From NCBI GenBank assembly GCA_963749075.1, contig CAVVLJ010000017.1:576001-640000 (forward strand): a stretch of DNA of 64,000 nucleotides, given 5' to 3'. The notes under the pieces were generated by a model, which did no database searches, had not been told where the DNA came from, and was given only the letters and a program-made list of their open reading frames with translations. Origin of the DNA: an uncultured Pseudomonadota bacterium. GTDB taxonomy: Bacteria; Pseudomonadota; Alphaproteobacteria; JACZXZ01. This document shows positions 56,600 through 64,000 of the stretch, in pieces. The first letter of the stretch is position 1. Each line of letters opens with the position of its first letter. Made by a program: the position numbers and the translations under genes.

Positions 56600-56630
56600 T
56601 CCCAACGGCCGGTACGGACATGCTCAGAAC

Positions 56631-56723
56631 TGGCGGAGCGAGAGGGATTCGAACCCTCGATACGGGTTAACCCCGTATGACGGTTTAGCAAACCGTTGGT
56701 TTCAGCCACTCACCCATCGCTCC
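56631..56723 (-). tRNA. tRNA-Ser(GCT)
   Basis: GGAGCGA...TCGCTCC-GCCA acceptor stem, anticodon arm ACGGT-TTGCTAA-ACCGT, long variable arm, GGTTCGAATCC T-loop. Confidence 0.96.
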
Positions 56724-56783
56724 TGGCCGCCGGGAAACTATTGAATTACGGCGGCCTGCGCAAGCGCCCTCGGCCAGGGCCGA

Positions 56784-57443
56784 TCACGCCTCGGCCGGCT
56801 TGCGGTAGCGGAGGATGCAGGCGTAGTCGCGGACGACCGGGGTGATGGCGAGCAGGCCGTGCTCGCGCGCGGCGACGGTCTCGAGGTAGTGGGCGAGCCC
56901 GGCGCGCGGGGTCACCTCGAAGAGGGCGAGCCAGCGGCGCAAGAGCGCCCGGAACCAGCGCGGCAGGCCGCGCTGCTCGGAGAAATCGACCACCGCCAGG
57001 GTGCCGTCCGGGGCGAGGGCGGCGAGCGCGCGCTCGAGCGCGCGCTCCCAGCCCGGCATCATCGAGAGCGCGTAGGAGAAGAGCACCGCGTCGAAGGGGC
57101 CCTCGAGGCCGAAGGTCGCCGCTGGGTCGAGCTCCTCGGCAAGCGCCCGGCGGATGCGGATGCGCCCCTCGAGGCCGTGGCGGCGGATCTTGGCCTCCGC
57201 ACTCTTGAGCATCTCCGCCGAGGCATCGATGCCGTAGACGGCGGCGCTGGGATAGCGGCGCGCGAGCACCACGAGATTGCGCCCGGTGCCGCAGCCGACC
57301 TCGCAGACGCGCGCCCCGTCGGCGAGCGGGAGCCCCGCAATCAGCCGGTCGCGGCCGAGAAGGTAGAATTTGCGCGAGAGGTCGTAGATGTGCCGCTGGC
57401 GGCGGTACATGCGGTCCATGCGCTCAGCAGCCCCGCCGCTCAA
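56784..57443 (-). CDS. btaB: SAM methyltransferase for betaine lipid synthesis
   Basis: MDRMYR.QRHIYD..RK.YLLGRDRLI, EVGCGTGRNL, FSYALSM. Downstream of btaA; start uncertain. Confidence 0.85.
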   Translation of the reverse strand: MSGGAAERMDRMYRRQRHIYDLSRKFYLLGRDRLIAGLPLADGARVCEVGCGTGRNLVVLARRYPSAAVYGIDASAEMLKSAEAKIRRHGLEGRIRIRRALAEELDPAATFGLEGPFDAVLFSYALSMMPGWERALERALAALAPDGTLAVVDFSEQRGLPRWFRALLRRWLALFEVTPRAGLAHYLETVAAREHGLLAITPVVRDYACILRYRKPAEA

Positions 57444-57447
57444 GGGC

Positions 57448-58662
57448 TCAGCCCTCCCGCGCATAGATGTGGAAGCCGCCGTAGATCGCCGAGCGGTCGC
57501 GGCGGAAGAGGGCTGCGGCATGCTCGCGCGCGGCATGCCAGGTGGCGAGGAACTCGGCCGGCAAGGCTGCCTCGAGCGGCGAGGCGCTGCCCGCGGTGCG
57601 GAAGATGGCGAGCGCCCGGGGGCGCGCGGTGCGCTCGATCTCGCGCCAGAGGAGACGCAGCTGCTCCGGCCCCATCCAGTCCTGGGCATCGAGCAGCACG
57701 TAGCGGTCGACGCTGCCGGCGGGCTCGCGCGCGAGGAGGTCGGTGAGCGACGCGAGCTCGGTGCGCACGCGGCCGGCGCGCTCGGCGATGACCGGGAAGG
57801 AGGCGGGCCTCAGGTAGTCCGGCACGGGACCGCGCGCGGCGATGCCGTAGCGGCGGCCGAACGCCTGCCAGGCGAAATAATTCTCCTCGATGGGGAACTC
57901 GCAGGCGAGGCGCCGCAGCCGCTCGCAATAGAGCTGGGCCAGGTCGCCCATGGCATCCTCGCGCAGTGCCGCGAACTGGCGCGGCGGGATGCCCAGGCTG
58001 TAGAGCACGGTGGGGATGCGGCAGAGTGCGCGGATGGCTGCCGAGTCGAAGACGGGCGCCACCCATTCGTCGAAGAGGCGCACCTGCTCCTCGAGGCTGG
58101 TGGCCCCGAGCATGCGCGAGGGATCGCCGCCCGAGAGCCGTGCCAAGCCGTGGAGGAAGCCGATGAAGTGCGCCTGCACGCCGTGCCGGTAGAGACCGCT
58201 CGCGAAATAGCCGAGCCGGCGGCGGCCGAAGGGCGAGCGCCCTTCCCAGAAGGCGCGCGTCTCGTCGTCGAGATGGGGCTGGAGGTGGCGCCGGTAGATG
58301 TCCCACGCCGCCGGGTCGGTGCCCTCGCCGAAGAGGCGGTAGAACGTGCCGTGGTCGGGCAGGTGCCGCGCCGCCGCGAGCTTGAGCCGCGTGAGGGCAA
58401 GATGGGCGGGATTGAGATCGACCGCAATGATCTCGCGCGGATCGGCGAGGAGATAGTTGAGCACGTTGCAGCCGCCCGACGCGATGGTGACGACGCGGCA
58501 GGAGGCATCGAGGCTGAGTGCCGCGAGATCGACCGCCGGGTCTTCCCAGATCTGGTTGTAGACGAGCCGGCCGAACCAGAAGGCGAAGAGGCGCTCGAGC
58601 AGGCCCTTGCTGGTGTCGGAGCGGCCCTCGAAGACCGCCTCCTTGAGGAGTGCCGTGGTCAT
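57448..58662 (-). CDS. btaA: SAM:diacylglycerol 3-amino-3-carboxypropyl transferase (DUF3419)
   Basis: LVYNQIWEDP.VD, IASGGCN, VDLNPAH, NYFAWQAFGR.Y, LLDAQDWM, DRSAIYGGFH.Y. Confidence 0.9.
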   Translation of the reverse strand: MTTALLKEAVFEGRSDTSKGLLERLFAFWFGRLVYNQIWEDPAVDLAALSLDASCRVVTIASGGCNVLNYLLADPREIIAVDLNPAHLALTRLKLAAARHLPDHGTFYRLFGEGTDPAAWDIYRRHLQPHLDDETRAFWEGRSPFGRRRLGYFASGLYRHGVQAHFIGFLHGLARLSGGDPSRMLGATSLEEQVRLFDEWVAPVFDSAAIRALCRIPTVLYSLGIPPRQFAALREDAMGDLAQLYCERLRRLACEFPIEENYFAWQAFGRRYGIAARGPVPDYLRPASFPVIAERAGRVRTELASLTDLLAREPAGSVDRYVLLDAQDWMGPEQLRLLWREIERTARPRALAIFRTAGSASPLEAALPAEFLATWHAAREHAAALFRRDRSAIYGGFHIYAREG

Positions 58663-59732
58663 GGGCGGCGCGATCCTTCCGCAGCATTGAGTGGCTCGGC
58701 GCCGCCACCCTCTGCCGCAGCGCACGGCCGCGAGAGTGCCGCGGCGCCGATGTTGCCGAGGAACTGCTCGGTGGCGGCAGCCCAGGAGAAGGAGAGCGCG
58801 TGGGCGCGGCACGCCTCGGGGGCAATGCCGCGCGCCGCCTCGACCGCCGCCCCCAGGTCCTCGGAAAGCGCACCCGTGCCGCTCGTCCCGATCACGTCGA
58901 GGGGGCCGGTGACCGGAAAGGCGGCGACGGGAAGGCCGCTCGCCAGCGCCTCGAGGAGGACGAGGCCGAAGGTGTCCGAGCGGCTCGGGAAGACGAACAC
59001 GTCGGCCGCGGCATAGCAGGCGGCGAGCGTCGCGTCGTCGACGAAGCCGGTGTAGCGCGCGTTCGCGTACTTCGCCTTGAGCCTGGCGAGCTGCGGGCCG
59101 GCGCCGACCACGTATTTCGTGCCCGGGAGGTCGAGGCGGAGGAAAGCCTCGATGTTCTTCTCGACGGCGATGCGACCGGCATAGAGGTGGATGGGACGGG
59201 GCCCTGCCAGGAAATCCCTGGCATGCGGGCGGAAGAGCGTGCCGTCGACGCCGCGCGACCAGAGGGCGAGGTTGACGAAACCGCGCTCGGCCAGGCGCCG
59301 CGTCAGCGTCTCGGTCGGCACCATCACGGCGCGCGCGGGTGCGTGGAAGCGGCGCATGAAGGCGTAGCCGGGCCCGCGCGTGAAGGGAAAGCGCGCCTCG
59401 AGGTACTCGGGGAAGGCGGTGTGATAGGCGGTGGTGAAGGGGATCGAGCACCTGAGGCAATGGCGGCGCGCCGCCATGCCGAGCGGCCCCTCGGTCACGA
59501 TATGCACGGCATCGGGCGAAGCGGCATCGATGCGGCGCGCGACCCGGCGGGCGGGCAGCACCGCCAGGCGGATCTCCGGGTAGCTCGGGCAGGGAACGGT
59601 GCGAAAGCCGTCGGGCGAGATGACCTCGGTCTGGTGGCCGAAGAGCTCAAGGTGGCGAATGGTCTCCTTGAGCGTGCGCACCACCCCGTTCACTTGCGGC
59701 GGCCAGGCGTCGCTGATGAGCAGGATCCTCAC
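58659..59732 (-). CDS. GT4 glycosyltransferase (Agt-like glycolipid synthase)
   Basis: DAW.PQVNGVVRTL, TEGPLG, YHT.FPEY, GRIAVEKNI, FPSRSDTFGLV.LEALASG.PVAA. Confidence 0.88.
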   Translation of the reverse strand: MRILLISDAWPPQVNGVVRTLKETIRHLELFGHQTEVISPDGFRTVPCPSYPEIRLAVLPARRVARRIDAASPDAVHIVTEGPLGMAARRHCLRCSIPFTTAYHTAFPEYLEARFPFTRGPGYAFMRRFHAPARAVMVPTETLTRRLAERGFVNLALWSRGVDGTLFRPHARDFLAGPRPIHLYAGRIAVEKNIEAFLRLDLPGTKYVVGAGPQLARLKAKYANARYTGFVDDATLAACYAAADVFVFPSRSDTFGLVLLEALASGLPVAAFPVTGPLDVIGTSGTGALSEDLGAAVEAARGIAPEACRAHALSFSWAAATEQFLGNIGAAALSRPCAAAEGGGAEPLNAAEGSRRP

Positions 59733-59827
59733 CCTCGCCACCGCTCGAGGAGATCTGGGAAACGCGACAAGTCGAACACTGCCATCCACAAGATGTTGTG
59801 GTGCTAGCGATTCGATACATCAAAATG

Positions 59828-59845
59828 GTGAAGGATTGATGACGG
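59828..59845 (-). promoter_or_regulatory. Pho box
   Basis: Minus strand CCGTCAT-CAAT-CCTTCAC resembles CTGTCAT-N4-CTGTCAC and lies upstream of GT4-btaA-btaB. Confidence 0.6.
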
Positions 59846-60053
59846 TGGGGAGGCGATGTTCTCGCTACACGGTCGATCGCTTCAGAAGCTCCTCGCGCCG
59901 CTGCCCTTCCGGCATGAGGCGGCGCAGCAGTCGAAGAAGCCGCGGCGAGCAATTCGGGTGCAACGACGCAGCAGAGCTCGGCCGAGTTCCGGAGAACCGC
60001 GTCGGCTCTGGAAGGGGGTAATGCTGCAAAAAGGGGGCAATCAATGGACTCTA

Positions 60054-61142
60054 TTACCCCTTTTTTCCCGCCGTTCCCTCATTTCGGGATGTCGCGACCT
60101 TCCGCCAGCGGACGCCGCGGCCACTGCCCACGGTCTGGAGGCGGCCGGCGTCCCGTTCGCTCCGCAGCACATGACGAAGCATGTCGACACCGACGCTGGG
60201 GCAGCGCCGATGCAGTTCGGAGGCCGAGAACGCGCCGATCATCTGCCCGATGGCCTGGAGCACGAGCCTGGTTTTCATCCCGCGCCCGTCGCGCAACTCG
60301 CCCAGGTCGCGCGCGAACTCGTCATAGGCCGCGCGCAGCACCCCGAGGAAATAGCCGACCCAGGGCATGGGATCGTGCGCGCTTTCGTGCCAGCCTTGGG
60401 AGGCCCGATAGAGCGTGTCGTAATAGCCTTCCCTGCTCGCTTCGATCAGCCGCTCGAGCGAGATGTAGCGAGCGACCTCGTAATCCTCGCGATAAAGAAG
60501 CAGCACGGTGATGAGGCGCGCCATGCGTCCGTTGCCGTCCGAAAAAGGATGGATGCAAAGGAAATCGAGCACATAAAGCGCCGTGAGGATCAAAGGGTCT
60601 ATGCCGCTGGCGCCCGCCGCCGCAAACGCGCGATGCAGCGCGTCCATGGCCTCGGGAGTCCGCCACGCCGGCGTCGGCGCGAAGCGCACGAAGGTGGAGC
60701 CATCGGGGCGCTTCTCTGTGATGAGGTTGTCCGTGGCCTTCCACTGTCCAGGGGCGCCGGCGCCCGAAAACTTGAAGAGATCGCGATGGAGCTGCAGCAC
60801 GAGGTTGGGCGTGATCTCCATATACTCGTGCCGCTCGTGAATAAGCTGCAGCACATTGCGATAGCCCGCGATTTCGCCCTCGGGGCGGTTTCCGGCCCGC
60901 GGTTCCGCATTCCGGCGCACGAGAAGCTCGATGGCGGTGCGCGGCAGCGTTACGCCTTCGAGGCGATTCGAGGATTCCGTACTCTCGACGATGGCGACTT
61001 GGCGGAGGTACTCCAAGACCTCCGGAGCGCGCTCCTTGAACAAATCCTGCTTTCCCTTGCCCTCGCCGATGGCGCGCATCGCCGTCGCGAGGGCGTGCGT
61101 CAAACGGAGATTATCAATGATGGCAGGAACGAAGGAGCTCAC
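60054..61142 (-). CDS. Fic family protein
   Basis: HPFSDGNGRMAR catalytic motif and N-terminal SNRLEG autoinhibitory-type motif. Confidence 0.92.
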   Translation of the reverse strand: MSSFVPAIIDNLRLTHALATAMRAIGEGKGKQDLFKERAPEVLEYLRQVAIVESTESSNRLEGVTLPRTAIELLVRRNAEPRAGNRPEGEIAGYRNVLQLIHERHEYMEITPNLVLQLHRDLFKFSGAGAPGQWKATDNLITEKRPDGSTFVRFAPTPAWRTPEAMDALHRAFAAAGASGIDPLILTALYVLDFLCIHPFSDGNGRMARLITVLLLYREDYEVARYISLERLIEASREGYYDTLYRASQGWHESAHDPMPWVGYFLGVLRAAYDEFARDLGELRDGRGMKTRLVLQAIGQMIGAFSASELHRRCPSVGVDMLRHVLRSERDAGRLQTVGSGRGVRWRKVATSRNEGTAGKKG

Positions 61143-61170
61143 ATACGCCCCCAAGCCGCCCGGTTTAGCC

Positions 61171-61788
61171 CTATGGCACCGCCATGCCGCGCTGGACGGC
61201 CGGGCGCGCGCCGATCGCGTCGTACCAGCGCTTGACGTTGGGGAACTCGGCGAGGTCGACGGTCTGCCACTCGTGGCGCGCGGCCCAGGGGTAGGTGGCG
61301 ATGTCGGCGATGGTGTAGCTCTTGCCGGCGAGATAGGGGCTCTCAGCTAAGCGCCTGTCCATCACGCCGTAGAGCCGCCGCGTCTCGTTGGTGTAGCGCT
61401 CGATGGCGTAGGGGATCTTCTCCGGCGCCGCGCGGCGGAAATGGTGGCATTGCCCGAACATGGGGCCGACGCCGCCCATCTGGAACATGAGCCACTCGAG
61501 CGTGACGTAGCGCCCGCGCACATCCTGCGGCAGGAGCTTGCCGCACTTCCCGGCGAGATAGACGAGGATGGCGCCGGACTCGAAGAGGGTGAAGGGCTTG
61601 CCGTCCGGCCCGTCCGCATCCGTGATGGTCGGGATTTTGCCGTTGGGGTTGAGCGCCACGTAAGAAGGGGCGAACTGCTCGCCCTTCGAGATGTCGATCT
61701 TGTGCACGCGATAGGGGAGGCCGAGCTCCTCCAGCATGATCGAGACCTTGCGGCCGTTGGGCGTGCTCCAGGTGTAGAGATCGATCAC
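61171..61788 (-). CDS. Glutathione S-transferase (YfcG-like)
   Basis: MIDLY...TPNG.K, NPNGKIP, FESGAIL.YLA, WLMFQM, YTIADIA. Confidence 0.93.
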   Translation of the reverse strand: MIDLYTWSTPNGRKVSIMLEELGLPYRVHKIDISKGEQFAPSYVALNPNGKIPTITDADGPDGKPFTLFESGAILVYLAGKCGKLLPQDVRGRYVTLEWLMFQMGGVGPMFGQCHHFRRAAPEKIPYAIERYTNETRRLYGVMDRRLAESPYLAGKSYTIADIATYPWAARHEWQTVDLAEFPNVKRWYDAIGARPAVQRGMAVP

Positions 61789-61813
61789 TTGCAGCCTCCC
61801 CTTCCGTGGTCCG

Positions 61814-62956
61814 TCACGCCAGCGCCTGCTCGAGGTCGCCGATAAGGTCGTCCGCGTCCTCGATGCCGACCGAGAGGCGGAGGAGGTCGGGCGGCACTGG
61901 CGTGCCGGGACCTTCGATGCTGGCGCGGTGCTCGATCAGGCTCTCGACGCCGCCGAGCGAGGTCGCGCGCTTGAAGACCTTGACGCGGGCGGCCGTGGCG
62001 ACCGCCGCCGCCTCGCCGCCGCTGAGGCGGAGCGAGAGCATGCCGCCGAAGCCGCCCTCCATCTGCTTCGCGCTGACCGCGTGGCCGGGATCGCTCTGCA
62101 GGCCCGGATAATGCACCGCGAGGCTCTTGTCATGGTGCTGGAAGTGCCTGGCGAGCGCCAAGGCGCTCCGCGAGCAGCGCTCGACGCGGACGAAGAGCGT
62201 GCGCATGCCGCGCAGCAAAAGCCACGCCTCGAACGGCCCCATGATGGCGCCGCTGTTGCGGCGCATGCGGCGGATGCGCTGCCAGAAATCGTCGTCGCGC
62301 GCGGCGACGAGGGCACCTCCCATCACGTCGCTGTGGCCGTTCAGGTACTTGGTCGCCGAGTGCATGACGATGTCGGCGCCGAATGCGATGGGCCGCGTGA
62401 GCACCGGGGTCGCGACCGTGCTGTCGACCGCGAGGAGGGCGCCCGCGGCGTGCGCGAGTGCCGCCCACTCCGCGATGTCGACGACTTCCCAGGTCGGGTT
62501 GGACGGCGTCTCGATCCACACGATGCGCGTGCGTCCCGGCTGCAAGGCCGCCTTGAGCGCCGCCGCGTCGCCGGTCGGCACGAGGTCGAGCTTGAGCCCC
62601 CAATCGCCGGCGAACTCGACGAGCCACTTGCGCAGGCCCCAGTACATGACGCTCTGGGCGATCACATGGTCGCCCGGCTTGAGCGCCTGGAAGACCGCCG
62701 TCGCTGCGGCCATGCCCGAGGGGAAGACGAGGCAGCCCGCACCGCCCTCGAGCGCCTTCAAGAGCGCCTCGGCCTGATCGTAGCTCGGATTGTCGTCTCG
62801 GCTGTAGCTGCGGCCGTTGCGGTACTGGTTGTCGGAATCGCGGATGTAGGTGGTGGAGGGGTGGATGGCCGGGATGATGGCGTGGCTCGGCTCGTCGATC
62901 CAGCCGAGCGCCTGGGCGGCGAGCGTCGCGGGCTTCAAGGGCTTGCTCTCGGTCAT
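61814..62956 (-). CDS. Cystathionine gamma-synthase/lyase family PLP enzyme
   Basis: [36 protein letters not shown]. Confidence 0.92.
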   Translation of the reverse strand: MTESKPLKPATLAAQALGWIDEPSHAIIPAIHPSTTYIRDSDNQYRNGRSYSRDDNPSYDQAEALLKALEGGAGCLVFPSGMAAATAVFQALKPGDHVIAQSVMYWGLRKWLVEFAGDWGLKLDLVPTGDAAALKAALQPGRTRIVWIETPSNPTWEVVDIAEWAALAHAAGALLAVDSTVATPVLTRPIAFGADIVMHSATKYLNGHSDVMGGALVAARDDDFWQRIRRMRRNSGAIMGPFEAWLLLRGMRTLFVRVERCSRSALALARHFQHHDKSLAVHYPGLQSDPGHAVSAKQMEGGFGGMLSLRLSGGEAAAVATAARVKVFKRATSLGGVESLIEHRASIEGPGTPVPPDLLRLSVGIEDADDLIGDLEQALA

Positions 62957-63048
62957 GAATTCTTTGCGGAGGTCCAGTTGCCGGGCGGCGCGATATTGGC
63001 ATAATTCGCCCGCATGCGCACCAGGAAGCAAGGCCAAGGGAGGACGGT

Positions 63049-63342
63049 ATGGCGGCTTACGTGATCGGCGATATCGGCGAGATCAGGAACCAGGAGGCCT
63101 ATGCGCAATATCGCGCACAGGTGCTTGCCACCATGGAGAAATACGGCGGCCGCTTCCTCGTGCGCGGCGGCGCGCATGAGACGCTCGAGGGCGAATGGCG
63201 GCCCGGCCGGGTCGTCATCCTCGAGTTCCCCGACATGGCCGCGGCCAAGGCCTGGCACGGCTCCAAGGAGTATGGCCCGCTCCTCAAGCTGCGCCAGTCC
63301 GCCTCCGAGGGCAGCCTCGTCGCCGTCGAGGGGGTGGGCTAG
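63049..63342 (+). CDS. DUF1330 family protein
   Basis: YGGRFLVRGG..E.LEG.W...R.VILEFP...AA.AW..S.EY. GGAGG RBS. Confidence 0.88.
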   Translation: MAAYVIGDIGEIRNQEAYAQYRAQVLATMEKYGGRFLVRGGAHETLEGEWRPGRVVILEFPDMAAAKAWHGSKEYGPLLKLRQSASEGSLVAVEGVG

Positions 63343-64000
63343 CGCCGCGCGTATTGCGTGGCGCCGAAGAGGATCTCCCGCGCCTTGTCGTCGGGCGGGC
63401 CATCGCGGCGCAGGTCGGCGAGCACCTTGACGCCGCGCTGCACGGCCGGCCGCGCCTCGATCGCCAGGTACCAGCGCTTGACGTTGGGGAAGCTCTCGAG
63501 GTCGTGGCCCTGGTTTTTGATCGAGCGCGTCCACGGCCAGGTGGCGATGTCGGCGATGGTGTAATCGTCGCCCGCGAGGTACCTGGCCTCGCCCAGGCGG
63601 CGGTCCATGACGCCGTAAAGCCGGCCCGCCTCGTTGGTGTAGCGGTTGATCGCATAAGTCAGCTTCTCGGGCGCGTAATTGCGGAAGTGGTGGGCCTGGC
63701 CGAACATCGGCCCGATGCTCGCCATCTGGAACATGAGCCACTCGAGCGTCACGTAGCGGCCGCGGATGTCATGGGGCAGGAACTTGCCGGTCTTGCCGGC
63801 GAGATAGATGAGGATGGCGCCCGACTCGAAGAGCGAGAACGGCTTCCCGCCCGGGCCGTCCTGGTCGACGATCGCCGGGATGCGGTTGTTCGGGCTGATC
63901 TTGAGGAAGGCCGGGTCGAACTGCTCGCCCCTGCCGATGTTGACCGGGTGCGCGTGATAGGCGAGGCCGCACTCCTCGAGCATGATATGGACCTTGTGGC
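63339..64000 (-). CDS. Glutathione S-transferase (YfcG-like; 5' end beyond window edge)
   Basis: [38 protein letters not shown]. Confidence 0.92.
   Translation of the reverse strand, partial: HKVHIMLEECGLAYHAHPVNIGRGEQFDPAFLKISPNNRIPAIVDQDGPGGKPFSLFESGAILIYLAGKTGKFLPHDIRGRYVTLEWLMFQMASIGPMFGQAHHFRNYAPEKLTYAINRYTNEAGRLYGVMDRRLGEARYLAGDDYTIADIATWPWTRSIKNQGHDLESFPNVKRWYLAIEARPAVQRGVKVLADLRRDGPPDDKAREILFGATQYARR

Noticed and set aside
1-64000. CRISPR array, integrase, transposase or att duplication
   Set aside because: I saw no regularly spaced repeats, no recombinase or transposase motifs, and no second copy of the tRNA-Ser 3' end. This was by eye, so short degenerate sites could be missed.
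60054-64000. Fic protein and two similar GSTs as a novel system
   Set aside because: These are common families with canonical motifs and no evidence of functional linkage.

Overview
High-GC window that looks alphaproteobacterial (GcrA, ALAS-type HemA, BtaAB, W-type FDH1). Several otherwise intact genes carry single-base frameshifts, which are probably long-read errors. Left part (1-30.8 kb): kdpFAB with a second small membrane peptide and a divergent beta-barrel porin, rlpA, a two-subunit NAD-linked formate dehydrogenase, a SufR-like regulator with an MFS gene, marR-emrA, an ABC permease/ATPase pair without a binding protein, a likely sigma70 sRNA, a short gcrA, acuI, thiolase, cinA and chrA. 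The main feature is a ~24 kb redox island (30.9-55.1 kb). It encodes an MtrAB/PioAB-type decaheme-porin pair with no MtrC, a heptaheme-cytochrome b fusion, a nonaheme cytochrome with a separate cytochrome b, two tetraheme c4-like proteins, a membrane monoheme protein, three small monoheme cytochromes, a heme-c sensor kinase with a sigma54 activator, two extra receiver proteins, HemG, HemA, the rhodoquinone enzyme RquA, a Coq10/RatA quinone-binding protein, and a MocR regulator lacking the PLP lysine. I count 39 canonical CxxCH motifs there. Five FNR-type boxes, one sigma54 promoter and a twice-repeated operator tie the island together. Two toxin-antitoxin pairs and tRNA-Ser(GCT) lie at its right end. 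Right part (56.8-64 kb): Pho-box lipid-remodelling genes (GT4, btaA, btaB), a Fic protein, two GSTs, a cystathionine gamma-synthase family enzyme and a DUF1330 protein. All family assignments come from motif recognition by eye; no database searches were run.
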